A stretch of 64,000 nt of DNA from Candidatus Aldehydirespirator sp. (GTDB lineage Bacteria > Actinomycetota > Acidimicrobiia > Acidimicrobiales > Aldehydirespiratoraceae). Numbering within the stretch: the first letter of the stretch is position 1; every line of letters starts with the position of its first letter. The DNA lies in assembly GCA_965203575.1 (NCBI GenBank), contig OZ241894.1:3724322-3788321 (forward strand). Direction: 5' to 3'. The position numbers and the translations under genes are program-made. Positions 53,345-61,637 of this stretch are shown here, one piece after another. Below the pieces are notes generated by a model. The model was given only the letters and a program-made list of their open reading frames with translations, was not told the DNA's origin and did not search any database.

Positions 53345-54541
53345 ATGCCCGGAGCTCTCGCTGACATTCGGGTGATCGAGGTGGGCACGCTGCTGGCCGG
53401 CCCGTTCTGCGGCCAGCTGCTGGCCGACCACGGGGCCGAGGTGATCAAGGTCGAGCCGCCGGGCACCGGCGACCCGATGCGGGCCTGGGGCCAGGAGAAG
53501 GCCGACGGCAAGTCGCTGTGGTGGCCGGTGGTGGGCCGGGGCAAGAAGTCGGTCACCATCAACCTGCGCGAGCCCGCCGGCCAGGACCTGGTGCGCCGGC
53601 TGGCCGCCGGCGCCGACGTGCTGCTGGAGAACTTCCGTCCGGGCACGCTGGAGCGCTGGGGACTCGATCCCGAGGATCTGCAGGCCGCCAACCCGAAGCT
53701 GATCGTCACCCGGGTGTCGGGCTACGGCCAGACCGGGCCGTACTCCTCCAAGCCGGGGTTCGGCAACATCGGCGAGGCGATGGGAGGCATCCGCTACACC
53801 ACCGGCGACCCGGAGAAGATGCCCAGCCGGACCGGGATCAGCATTGGCGACACGCTCACCGCCATGTTCGCCACCATCGGCACGCTGAACGCCCTGCATG
53901 TGCGGGAGCGCACCGGCACCGGCCAGATCGTCGACGCCGCGCTGTACGAGTCGGTGCTGGCGGTGATGGAGTCGCTGCTGACCGAGTACCACGTGGCCGG
54001 GTTCATCCGCGAGCGCACCGGGTCGATGATCCCCAACATCGCGCCGGCCAACGCCTACCCGACCCGAGACGGCAGGATCCACCTGATCTCGGGCAACCAG
54101 GACACCGTGTGGCGGCGCATGGCGGAGGCGATGGGCCGGCCCGAGCTGGGCACCGACCCCCGCTACGCGACTCACATCGCCCGGGGCGACCACCAGCAGG
54201 AGCTGGACGAGATGATCGCGGCGTGGACGGCCACCCTCGACGCCGACGAGCTGCGGCGGATCCTCGACGAGTACGCAGTTCCCAACGGCCAGATCTACCG
54301 GGCCCCGGAGATGCTGGCCGATGAGCACTTCGCGGCGCGTGAGGCCATAGCCTGGGTCGACAGCGCCGACTTCGGGGCCATTCCCATGCAGAACATCGTG
54401 CCGAAGCTGTCCGGGACCCCCGGCTCGATCGACTGGTCGGGCCCGACGCTGGGCGAGCACAACGACGAGGTGCTGGGCGGGATCCTCGGGTTGGATGCGG
54501 ACGCCGTCGAGCGGCTGCGGGCCGACGGGATCGTGGCGTGA
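53345..54541 (+). CDS. family III (CaiB/BaiF) CoA-transferase, second copy
   Basis: Start at MPGALADIRVIEVGTLLAGPFCGQLLADHGAEVIKVEPP inside track ORF 53105-54541. Confidence 0.85.
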   Translation: MPGALADIRVIEVGTLLAGPFCGQLLADHGAEVIKVEPPGTGDPMRAWGQEKADGKSLWWPVVGRGKKSVTINLREPAGQDLVRRLAAGADVLLENFRPGTLERWGLDPEDLQAANPKLIVTRVSGYGQTGPYSSKPGFGNIGEAMGGIRYTTGDPEKMPSRTGISIGDTLTAMFATIGTLNALHVRERTGTGQIVDAALYESVLAVMESLLTEYHVAGFIRERTGSMIPNIAPANAYPTRDGRIHLISGNQDTVWRRMAEAMGRPELGTDPRYATHIARGDHQQELDEMIAAWTATLDADELRRILDEYAVPNGQIYRAPEMLADEHFAAREAIAWVDSADFGAIPMQNIVPKLSGTPGSIDWSGPTLGEHNDEVLGGILGLDADAVERLRADGIVA

Positions 54542-55218
54542 CGTCGCGGGAGGCCAAGACGGGCGAGAGCCTGGCCGAGGACTACCGGCAGGCGGGGTTC
54601 AACAACCGGCTCGGGTTCGGGGCGAGCCCGGCCCTGGTGGTGATCGACTTCTGCCGGGCCTACCTGGACCCGGAGTCGCCGCTGTACGCCGGGGTGGAGG
54701 ACGCCCGGGCGTCGTGCCAGCGGGTGCTGACCGCGGCCCGGACGGCGGGGATCCCGGTGCTGCACACCACGATCGAGTACCAGCCGGGAGGGGCCGACGG
54801 CGGGATCTTCTTCCGCAAGGTCGGCGCGTTGCGGTGCTTCGTGCGGGGAAACCCGCTGAGCGCCTACGGCGAGGGTCTGGCACCCGCCGACGGTGAGGTC
54901 GTGGTGGTCAAGCAGTACGCCTCGAGCTTCTTCGGCACGTCCTTGGCCTCGACGCTGACCGCGATGGGGGTCGACACGCTGATCCATACCGGCGTCTCCA
55001 CCAGCGGCTGCGTGCGGGCCACCGCGCTCGACGCCTGCCAGCACGGCTTCGTTCCCATAGTCGTGCGCGACGCATGCGGGGACCGGGACCCGCAGATCCA
55101 CGAGTCCAACCTGTTCGATCTCGACGCCAAGTACGCCGACGTAGTCTCCGAGCAGGAAGTCCTCGACTACCTGTCAGCCCTGACGGTCGGAGAAAGGACC
55201 CACGCCCCGTGCATCTGA
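54538..55218 (+). CDS. isochorismatase-family cysteine hydrolase (N-carbamoylsarcosine amidase/maleamate amidohydrolase-like)
   Basis: 226 aa. ALVVIDFCRAY and the catalytic-Cys block HTGVSTSGCVRATALDA. Confidence 0.8.
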   Translation: MTSREAKTGESLAEDYRQAGFNNRLGFGASPALVVIDFCRAYLDPESPLYAGVEDARASCQRVLTAARTAGIPVLHTTIEYQPGGADGGIFFRKVGALRCFVRGNPLSAYGEGLAPADGEVVVVKQYASSFFGTSLASTLTAMGVDTLIHTGVSTSGCVRATALDACQHGFVPIVVRDACGDRDPQIHESNLFDLDAKYADVVSEQEVLDYLSALTVGERTHAPCI

Positions 55219-55263
55219 CGCAAGGGTTCTGGCCACCCCGTCGCCAAGAAGGCGCCCGAGCGG

Positions 55264-56004
55264 ATGCTTGTCCGCGCCCTGGTGGTGTCGGCGTTGGCCG
55301 CCGCCCTGGTCGCCCTGCTGGCGTCGTGTTCGGGAGGGGCGGACAGCGCGGTCCTGGCCACCACCGGCAACTACCACCCCTTCAACTTCGTGAACGACTC
55401 GGGCGAGATCGACGGGCTCGACAGAGAACTGGGCGACGAGCTGTGCCGCCGCGCCAAGCTGGAATGCGAGTGGGTCATACATGAATGGGAGACCCTGATC
55501 CCGAGCCTGGCCAACGAGCAGTTCGACGCGATCATCGCGGGCATGAGCATCACCGCGGAGCGGGACATCGTCATCGACTTCACCGAGCCCTACTACCCGC
55601 CCACCCCGTCGGTGTACCTGGCGCTCGAGGGTGCGGGAGACGAGGCGGCCAGCGGCCGGTTGGGCGCGGCGGACAACACCATCTTCTCCGACTACTTCGA
55701 GGGCCTGGGCATCGAGTTCGAGGCCTTCGGGCCCGACCGGACCGGACTCGACGCGGTCCTCGACGGCGAGGTCGACGCGATCCTCGTGGACCACGCCTAT
55801 GCGGTGGAGAAGATCGTCGAGCTCGAAGGCCAGCTGGCCATCGTGGGCCCGGAGGTTCCGCTGGACATGGGCCTGGGCATCGGCGTCCGCGACGGCCACA
55901 AGCTGAAGGGTCAACTCGACGACGCCATCGAGTCGATGAAGGCCGACGGCTCCTTGAACGCCCTCATCACGAAGTGGCCAGGAGCCGACGCGGCCACATT
56001 CTGA
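55264..56004 (+). CDS. polar-amino-acid-type ABC substrate-binding lipoprotein (SBP_bac_3-like)
   Basis: 246 aa. Lipobox LLASCSG and YHPFNFVNDSGEIDGLDRELGDELCRR. No cognate permease or ATPase lies next to it. Confidence 0.7.
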   Translation: MLVRALVVSALAAALVALLASCSGGADSAVLATTGNYHPFNFVNDSGEIDGLDRELGDELCRRAKLECEWVIHEWETLIPSLANEQFDAIIAGMSITAERDIVIDFTEPYYPPTPSVYLALEGAGDEAASGRLGAADNTIFSDYFEGLGIEFEAFGPDRTGLDAVLDGEVDAILVDHAYAVEKIVELEGQLAIVGPEVPLDMGLGIGVRDGHKLKGQLDDAIESMKADGSLNALITKWPGADAATF

Positions 56005-56121
56005 TCCCCGGACAGTCGCGCGGCATCCTGGGCCGATCTGACGGTTTTCTTGGTCTAGTTGTATCGTAAATCTTCGGTTAGACAGTGCACAAATCTAGGG
56101 TTACGCCATAAGCTCCTCGTC

Positions 56122-57393
56122 GTGAGGTATGTGGAGCGCCATCTTGGGCCGCGAGTCCGCGAAGCATTGGACACGTTCCGGGCGGTGGTGCTGCACGGCG
56201 CTCGCCAGAGCGGCAAGACCACCCTCGCCAAACAGGTCGCCGCCGAACGGGGCGGCACCTACACCACGCTCGACGACGAGCAGACCCGGCTGGCCGCACT
56301 GGAGGATCCCTTCACCTTCCTGTGCGAACAACCGCATCCGATGGTCATAGACGAGATCCAGCTCGGTGGCGACCGGGTGGTCCGCGCCGTCAAGATGGCC
56401 GTCGACGACGATCCGGCGACGGGCCGTTTCCTGCTGACGGGGTCCACCGACTTCTTGTCGGTGCCCACAATCAGCGAGTCGTTGGCGGGACGGGCCGCCA
56501 TCCTGCGGCTCTGGCCGATGTCCGCGGCCGAGATGAACGACACTGCGGGCTGCGGTCTCGCCGACTGGTTCAAGGGGCGGGTCCCGGTCGGCGATGCCTC
56601 GCAGCTGACTCGCTCCGACTACCTGGAGATGGTCTGTGCGGGCGGGTACCCCGAGGCGGCGGAGTTGAACCCGTCGGCACGGCGGATGTGGTTCGAGAGC
56701 TACGCGGAGACGGTGATGAGCCGCGACGTGGCTGCGCTCGCCGACGTGCGGCGTGCCGACGCCCTGCGCGCCGTCCTGCAACTCGCCGCGGCGCGCACCT
56801 CCGGCGAGCTCAACGTCGCCGACTGGTGCCGCCGGCTGGGCATCGACCGCGGCACGCTGGAGGCCTACCTGGGCTGGCTGCGCATGGTCTTTCTCATGCA
56901 CGAACTGCCCGCCTGGACCCGCAACCTCACAGCCCGCGTCGTGAAACGACCCAAGCTCCACCTTGCCGACACCGGCCTTGCCGCCGCGCTCATCAACGTC
57001 GATCCCGACGCTCTGCGACCAGCCACCGCCGTGGCTACCGGGCCGTTGCTTGAGACCTTCGCCGCCAACGAGGCCGCCCGCCAACTCTCATCCAGCGGCG
57101 AGCCGCTGCATTTGCACCACTACCGCGACAGCGCCGGCCACGAAGTCGACCTAGTGATCGAGCGCGCCGACGGCGCCGTCGTCGCAGTGGAGGTCAAAGG
57201 CACCGCATCGCCCGGCACCGACCACCTCAAACACCTCGCCTGGATGCGCGACCACCTCGACACCGTGTCCCCAGACACTTTCCGCGCCGGCGTACTGCTG
57301 CACACCGGACCCCGAAGCCTCAAGGTAGGAGATCGCCTTTACTCCGCCCCCATCGACACTCTCTGGCACCCAACCGCGACCCGCCACAACTGA
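56122..57393 (+). CDS. AAA-superfamily ATPase with DUF4143-like C-terminal domain
   Basis: Start moved to GTG (VRYVERHLGPRVREALDTFRAVVLHGARQSGKTTLA). Has a Walker A motif and a Walker B-like MVIDEIQ. Confidence 0.7.
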   Translation: MRYVERHLGPRVREALDTFRAVVLHGARQSGKTTLAKQVAAERGGTYTTLDDEQTRLAALEDPFTFLCEQPHPMVIDEIQLGGDRVVRAVKMAVDDDPATGRFLLTGSTDFLSVPTISESLAGRAAILRLWPMSAAEMNDTAGCGLADWFKGRVPVGDASQLTRSDYLEMVCAGGYPEAAELNPSARRMWFESYAETVMSRDVAALADVRRADALRAVLQLAAARTSGELNVADWCRRLGIDRGTLEAYLGWLRMVFLMHELPAWTRNLTARVVKRPKLHLADTGLAAALINVDPDALRPATAVATGPLLETFAANEAARQLSSSGEPLHLHHYRDSAGHEVDLVIERADGAVVAVEVKGTASPGTDHLKHLAWMRDHLDTVSPDTFRAGVLLHTGPRSLKVGDRLYSAPIDTLWHPTATRHN

Positions 57394-57467
57394 TCAATCT
57401 GAAGCACGGCGAACCGCCCGTGTCGGGTGGGCCATGAAGCGTTCCGGCCTGTGCTCAGCATCGCAGC

Positions 57468-57520
57468 ATTGACACCAAGCACTACCGAGAATTGACATAG
57501 GAGACTACCGAGAATCGACA
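57468..57520. repeat. three TTGACA-type hexamers at an exact 23-nt period, including a 17-bp direct repeat (ACTACCGAGAAT[TC]GACA x2)
   Basis: Read directly: cATTGACAccaagcACTACCGAGAATTGACAtaggagACTACCGAGAATCGACAac. Confidence 0.6.
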
Positions 57521-57599
57521 ACAGCAGAAGGTTACTGGCGACAGGACCAACCGGCCGGCCCTCGGGAACAGGCCCACCAAACGCTCGGCGAGTCTGCTG

Positions 57600-58355
57600 C
57601 TACCAGCGCTCGTGGCGGGGGCGGACGTTGCAGCGGTTGATCCACTCCTGCACCATCGCCTCGTCGCCGAGATCGATGCCGTCATCGAGCATCTCGGTGA
57701 CGAGGTTGGTCGTGGGCGAGCGGTTGTCCGGGTCCGCGGCGTTGCTCCTCATGTCGACGAAGCACTCACGGGCCGCCTCAAGGTTCAGCTCGAGCAACTC
57801 CGCTGCGAGACCGCGGCGCCGCGCTGCGGAGCGAAGCCACATGGGGAACACCCACTCGACGATGTCATGCCACTCGTCGTCGCACACTGACTTGGCTGGG
57901 ATCCACACGCACAGGAAATGCTCCACTCGGCGCGGGCTCCAGCACAGCGGATCGCCGTCGGACCACGCATAGGCGAACCGGCACACCGCGCTGGCCACAG
58001 ACTCGACCTCGTCGGGCATGGCCTCCTCGGAGACGTCGACGAACTCCTCGCAGAGGCTGTGGATCTCCTCTTCGGTCAGCGATCCCGGGAACCTCGCTCC
58101 CCCGTCGGGCAGCAACGCGACCCGCTGGGCGACCAGGGCCCGCAACTCGTGGTCTAGCCCGTCGTCGCCGTCATATCCGAGATCGGTGTGGTCGCGTTGT
58201 TCCAGCGCGGCCTCGACCATGACGCGCGCGTCGGCCAAGTCGAGCGGCCGCAACACCGTGTGGGTCTGTTGCAGGAACGGGCACTCGATCGCCTCGATCG
58301 GTGGGCCATACACGAAGTGACACGCCAATGAGCCCTGCGAACCGTTGACGGTCAC
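57600..58355 (-). CDS. hypothetical acidic, Cys/Trp-rich protein
   Basis: Start placed at the GTG that overlaps the upstream stop (GTGA). Track ORF 57600-58520 extends further upstream in a region that overlaps the previous gene. Confidence 0.45.
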   Translation of the reverse strand: MTVNGSQGSLACHFVYGPPIEAIECPFLQQTHTVLRPLDLADARVMVEAALEQRDHTDLGYDGDDGLDHELRALVAQRVALLPDGGARFPGSLTEEEIHSLCEEFVDVSEEAMPDEVESVASAVCRFAYAWSDGDPLCWSPRRVEHFLCVWIPAKSVCDDEWHDIVEWVFPMWLRSAARRRGLAAELLELNLEAARECFVDMRSNAADPDNRSPTTNLVTEMLDDGIDLGDEAMVQEWINRCNVRPRHERW

Positions 58356-58705
58356 GCCGAGACCACGGCCGGGCCGTAGACGCTGATCGCCGCCGCCACC
58401 ATCGCAGCGGCCCTTCCGTTGGGGCAGGCCTCCGCCGCGGCCAGCGCCTTCGAAGCGTCCATCACCCGGGAGCCACCAGGACCAACCGGACGGAACAGGA
58501 TCTGCGCGGACGACGCCCACTCCTCGGCGTTGTCAACATCGTCGCACTCGGCCACAACGCTGGCAGCCGCATCCAACAACACCTGCTCCAATGGCAGGCC
58601 CTCGCCCGGCATAGGAGCAGGCCTCTGCTCGCGGCGGGGCCCACCGGGCCTCGTTCCCTTCGGGGTGACACGACCGCCCCGACAACGGCGACGTGGACGT
58701 GGCAT
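58352..58705 (-). CDS. hypothetical protein with basic N-terminus (MPRPRRRCRGGRVTPKGTRP)
   Basis: 117 aa, translationally coupled to the downstream ORF. Confidence 0.4.
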   Translation of the reverse strand: MPRPRRRCRGGRVTPKGTRPGGPRREQRPAPMPGEGLPLEQVLLDAAASVVAECDDVDNAEEWASSAQILFRPVGPGGSRVMDASKALAAAEACPNGRAAAMVAAAISVYGPAVVSA

Positions 58706-59153
58706 CAGATGTCTCCCTCCCTGGCGTCTCGACCCCTGCAGAGTCGGGCGCGGCGCAAGCTCGCCCCCCGGGCTGTGTCTAGCCGATGATCGCCCCGTCG
58801 CAGCGGAGCACGGTCCAAGCGCTTAGCCCGGCCACAGGCCCTGCTGCACCGGCCTCGCGTGCCGCGAGGGGGCCTTGAGCGTCGCCCCACACATCTTGAC
58901 TGTCACACACTGACGTGACAATAGGCGGGTGATGCACGGCGAACGCGGCCAACACGAACGATCGAGGTCCTGCGCGCGCCTCTTCGATCTTGCCTCCACA
59001 GAAGCGGCGGCGACCAAGTCCCTGCCCGTACACCGCGAGCAGGCCCTGGAGTGTGACAATGAACTAGCTATCACTCAGGTGGAGTTGCCGGACGGTCTGC
59101 TGGACCTAGGCAACCCGCAGCGAGACCTGCCGCGCATCGCGAGAGATCCGGCC

Positions 59154-60005
59154 ATGACCGATGCCATCGCCCGAGCGCTGAACGCGGTCGCCACGACCCA
59201 GCGCCTGGCTGTCGACGATGCCGCTACAGCCGTGGCCGCGCTGCCCGCCGAGTCCGTGCACCTAGTGGTCACCAGCCCGCCGTACTGGAACCTCAAGGAA
59301 TACCCCGAACGCGACGGCCAACTCGGCTGGATCAATGACTACGAGAGGTTCCTGGACCGGCTCGCACCGGTGTGGCAGGCTTGCCATCGGGCGCTGGTGC
59401 CCGGTGGCCGACTCGTGGTCGTCGTCGGGGACGTGTGCCTCTCTCGGCGGCGCAACGGTGGGCGCCACACCGTTGTGCCCCTGCACGCCTCAATCGTTGA
59501 GCAGTGCAGACACATCGGCTACGACAACTTGTCCCCGATCATCTGGCACAAGATCGCCAACGCTCGCCACGAGGTCTCCAACAGCAACGGCTCGTTTCTC
59601 GGCAAGCCGTACGAGCCGAATGCGGTGCTCAAGAACGACATCGAGTACATCCTGATGCAGCGCAAGCCCGGTGGCTACCGGTCGGTGCCGGTGAGGGAGC
59701 GCGTGCTCAGCCTCATCCCGAAGGACCTTCACCACGACTGGTTCCGCCAGATATGGCAAGGCCCGTCCGGCGCGTCGACCCGCGACCATCCCGCCCCGTA
59801 CCCGGAGGAACTCGCCGTCCGGCTCGTACGCATGTTCAGCTTCGCAGGCGACACAGTGTGCGACCCCTTCGTGGGTTCTGGCACGACACTGGCAGCCGCA
59901 GCCCGCTGGGGACGCTGCGGCATCGGGGTCGACATCGAGCCGTCCTACATCGAGCAGGCCCGCCAGCGGCTGGCGGGAATACCCTCCGCTCGCCTACTCG
60001 AATGA
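59154..60005 (+). CDS. N4-cytosine/N6-adenine DNA methyltransferase (beta class, PF01555-like)
   Basis: Motif IV VVTSPPYW precedes motif I DPFVGSGTT, which is the beta-class order. Start placed at MTDAIARALN; the track ORF starts 75 codons earlier at 58929. Confidence 0.8.
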   Translation: MTDAIARALNAVATTQRLAVDDAATAVAALPAESVHLVVTSPPYWNLKEYPERDGQLGWINDYERFLDRLAPVWQACHRALVPGGRLVVVVGDVCLSRRRNGGRHTVVPLHASIVEQCRHIGYDNLSPIIWHKIANARHEVSNSNGSFLGKPYEPNAVLKNDIEYILMQRKPGGYRSVPVRERVLSLIPKDLHHDWFRQIWQGPSGASTRDHPAPYPEELAVRLVRMFSFAGDTVCDPFVGSGTTLAAAARWGRCGIGVDIEPSYIEQARQRLAGIPSARLLE

Positions 60006-60319
60006 TCACGATCCACGACGCGATCACCGATTTGCATCGCATCCGTCGAGCCGAGGGCGGCGGCCTGGAATGGCGCAAGGTCGACCTCGACACAGCCAGG
60101 CTCACCGTGAGCCAGCAGTTGCTGTCATTGGAGTACAAGCTCATGGAGAGCGGCCCCAAGACCCCCGATGGCCGCCGCACGATCGAACACGACCCCACAC
60201 CGTCACACAACTGCGGCCACATCGACAGAGCCTCGGGGGAGACACAGCCCCCCACCAATGCGCTAGCTTCCGACAGTCCTAGGCGGCGGTCGGCGCTCAG
60301 CGCCAAAGCGTTCCCGTGA
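60002..60319 (+). pseudogene. internal fragment of a tyrosine recombinase (phage integrase) gene
   Basis: LEWRKVDLDTARLTVSQQL....SGPKTPDGRRTIEHDP resembles the L.W.DVDL..G.L.V..Q.....PKT..S.RTI.L segment of integrases. The catalytic C-terminal half is missing and the tail is Ser/Arg/Pro-rich. Confidence 0.45.
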
Positions 60320-60450
60320 GGCTGCCATTGCAGGAGAGAGTTACTGACGTGTCCACCGCCTCCCGCAACTCGCAGGAGAGACAGCTACGAATCACTCCTG
60401 CCGAGCATGCGGGGGCCTCTGATCGGTGCGCCGTTGATCGCGAGTTCCTT

Positions 60451-61635
60451 ATGGCCGAGAAGCGCCCCGACTACGAGGGCACGCCAGTTCCGCTCCGGCT
60501 GGTGGACCTCTTTGCTGGGGGCGGCGGTCTCACGGTTGGGGTTGCGGAGGCGGCGCTGCGAATGGAGCGGGGAATGGAGGTCGCTCTCGCCGTCGAGAAC
60601 GACGTTCACGCTGCAGATGTCTACGAACTCAACTTCCCGAGCGCGAACCTGGTGCGCGCCGGCACCGAGACATTGTTCGATGGTGGGTTGGGAGGCCCGG
60701 TCACGGTGTCGGAAAGGCGCATTGCCCTTGCGGTTGATGAGGTCGATGTTCTTGTGGCCGGGCCACCGTGTCAGGGGCATTCGAACCTCAACAACCACAC
60801 TCGGCGCGAGGACCCCCGCAATGCTCTGTACTTGCGGGCGGTGCGCGCCACCGAGGTGCTCCAGCCAACTCTCGTCGTGATCGAGAACGTCCCGACGGTG
60901 CGACACGACAAGGGCGGTGTCGTGGAATGCTCGACCCAAGTCCTTGAGGCTGCCGGGTACTCGGTCGCGAGCGACGTGTTTCATCTTGTGAAGTTCGGTG
61001 TGCCTCAGCGGCGGCGACGCCACATCCTGCTGGCCACGAACAATGACCGGATCGACCTGTCCGTCATGGGCCGCTTGGGTTCGGGGTGCGATGACCGCGC
61101 CGAGCGGTCGGTGCGGTGGGCGATCGAAGATCTCGTCGACCAGACGGCACAGTCGGGGCCCGACGCTGCCTCAAGGCCGACGCCCGTCAACCTTGAGCGG
61201 ATGCAGTGGCTCATCGATCGGGACGCGTACGACCTTCCGAACGAGAGGCGCCCCAAGTGCCATCAGGGCCCGCACAGCTACAACTCGATGTACGGGCGGC
61301 TGAGGTGGGATGCTCCCGCACAGACGATCACGACCGGGTTCGGGTGCATGGGCCAGGGCAGGTTCGTGCACCCGGCGAAGCCTCGCACGATCACGCCCCA
61401 TGAGGCGGCACGTCTGCAGACGCTGCCGGACTTCTTCGACCTCGACACCCGCAAGGGTCGGGGGGTTTGGGCAAGAGTGATCGGCAACGCTGTTCCTCCT
61501 CTATTCGTCGTGCATCTGCTGGCGCCGCTGATCGGTGCGCTTCCCCGTCGTGCTGTCGAAGAGACCCGACTCGCTGACAGCACGTCGCACGAGTTTGCAG
61601 TGCCGCTCGTGCTCGCCGGCGCTCCGGCGAGTTAG
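60451..61635 (+). CDS. DNA (cytosine-5)-methyltransferase
   Basis: Start placed at MAEKRPDYEG. Motif I is LVDLFAGGGGLTVG, motif IV is GPPCQGHS, motif VI is ENV, motif VIII is GVPQRRRR and motif X is GNAVPP. Confidence 0.9.
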   Translation: MAEKRPDYEGTPVPLRLVDLFAGGGGLTVGVAEAALRMERGMEVALAVENDVHAADVYELNFPSANLVRAGTETLFDGGLGGPVTVSERRIALAVDEVDVLVAGPPCQGHSNLNNHTRREDPRNALYLRAVRATEVLQPTLVVIENVPTVRHDKGGVVECSTQVLEAAGYSVASDVFHLVKFGVPQRRRRHILLATNNDRIDLSVMGRLGSGCDDRAERSVRWAIEDLVDQTAQSGPDAASRPTPVNLERMQWLIDRDAYDLPNERRPKCHQGPHSYNSMYGRLRWDAPAQTITTGFGCMGQGRFVHPAKPRTITPHEAARLQTLPDFFDLDTRKGRGVWARVIGNAVPPLFVVHLLAPLIGALPRRAVEETRLADSTSHEFAVPLVLAGAPAS

Positions 61636-61637
61636 CC

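Noticed and set aside
2085-54460. Very long ORFs in the track that overlap well-supported genes on the opposite strand or in another frame. Examples: 2085-2957, 2444-3997, 5469-7262, 5648-7015, 7935-9020, 9157-10242, 12064-13257, 28661-30796, 29173-31164, 30615-32897, 31199-33499, 35364-37136, 40382-42028, 46121-47356 and 51920-54460.
   Set aside because: Their translations are Arg/Pro/Gly/Ala-dominated with no recognisable motifs. This is the usual shadow-ORF effect of about 70% GC DNA, where stop codons are rare in all frames. In each case the overlapping frame has clear family signatures.
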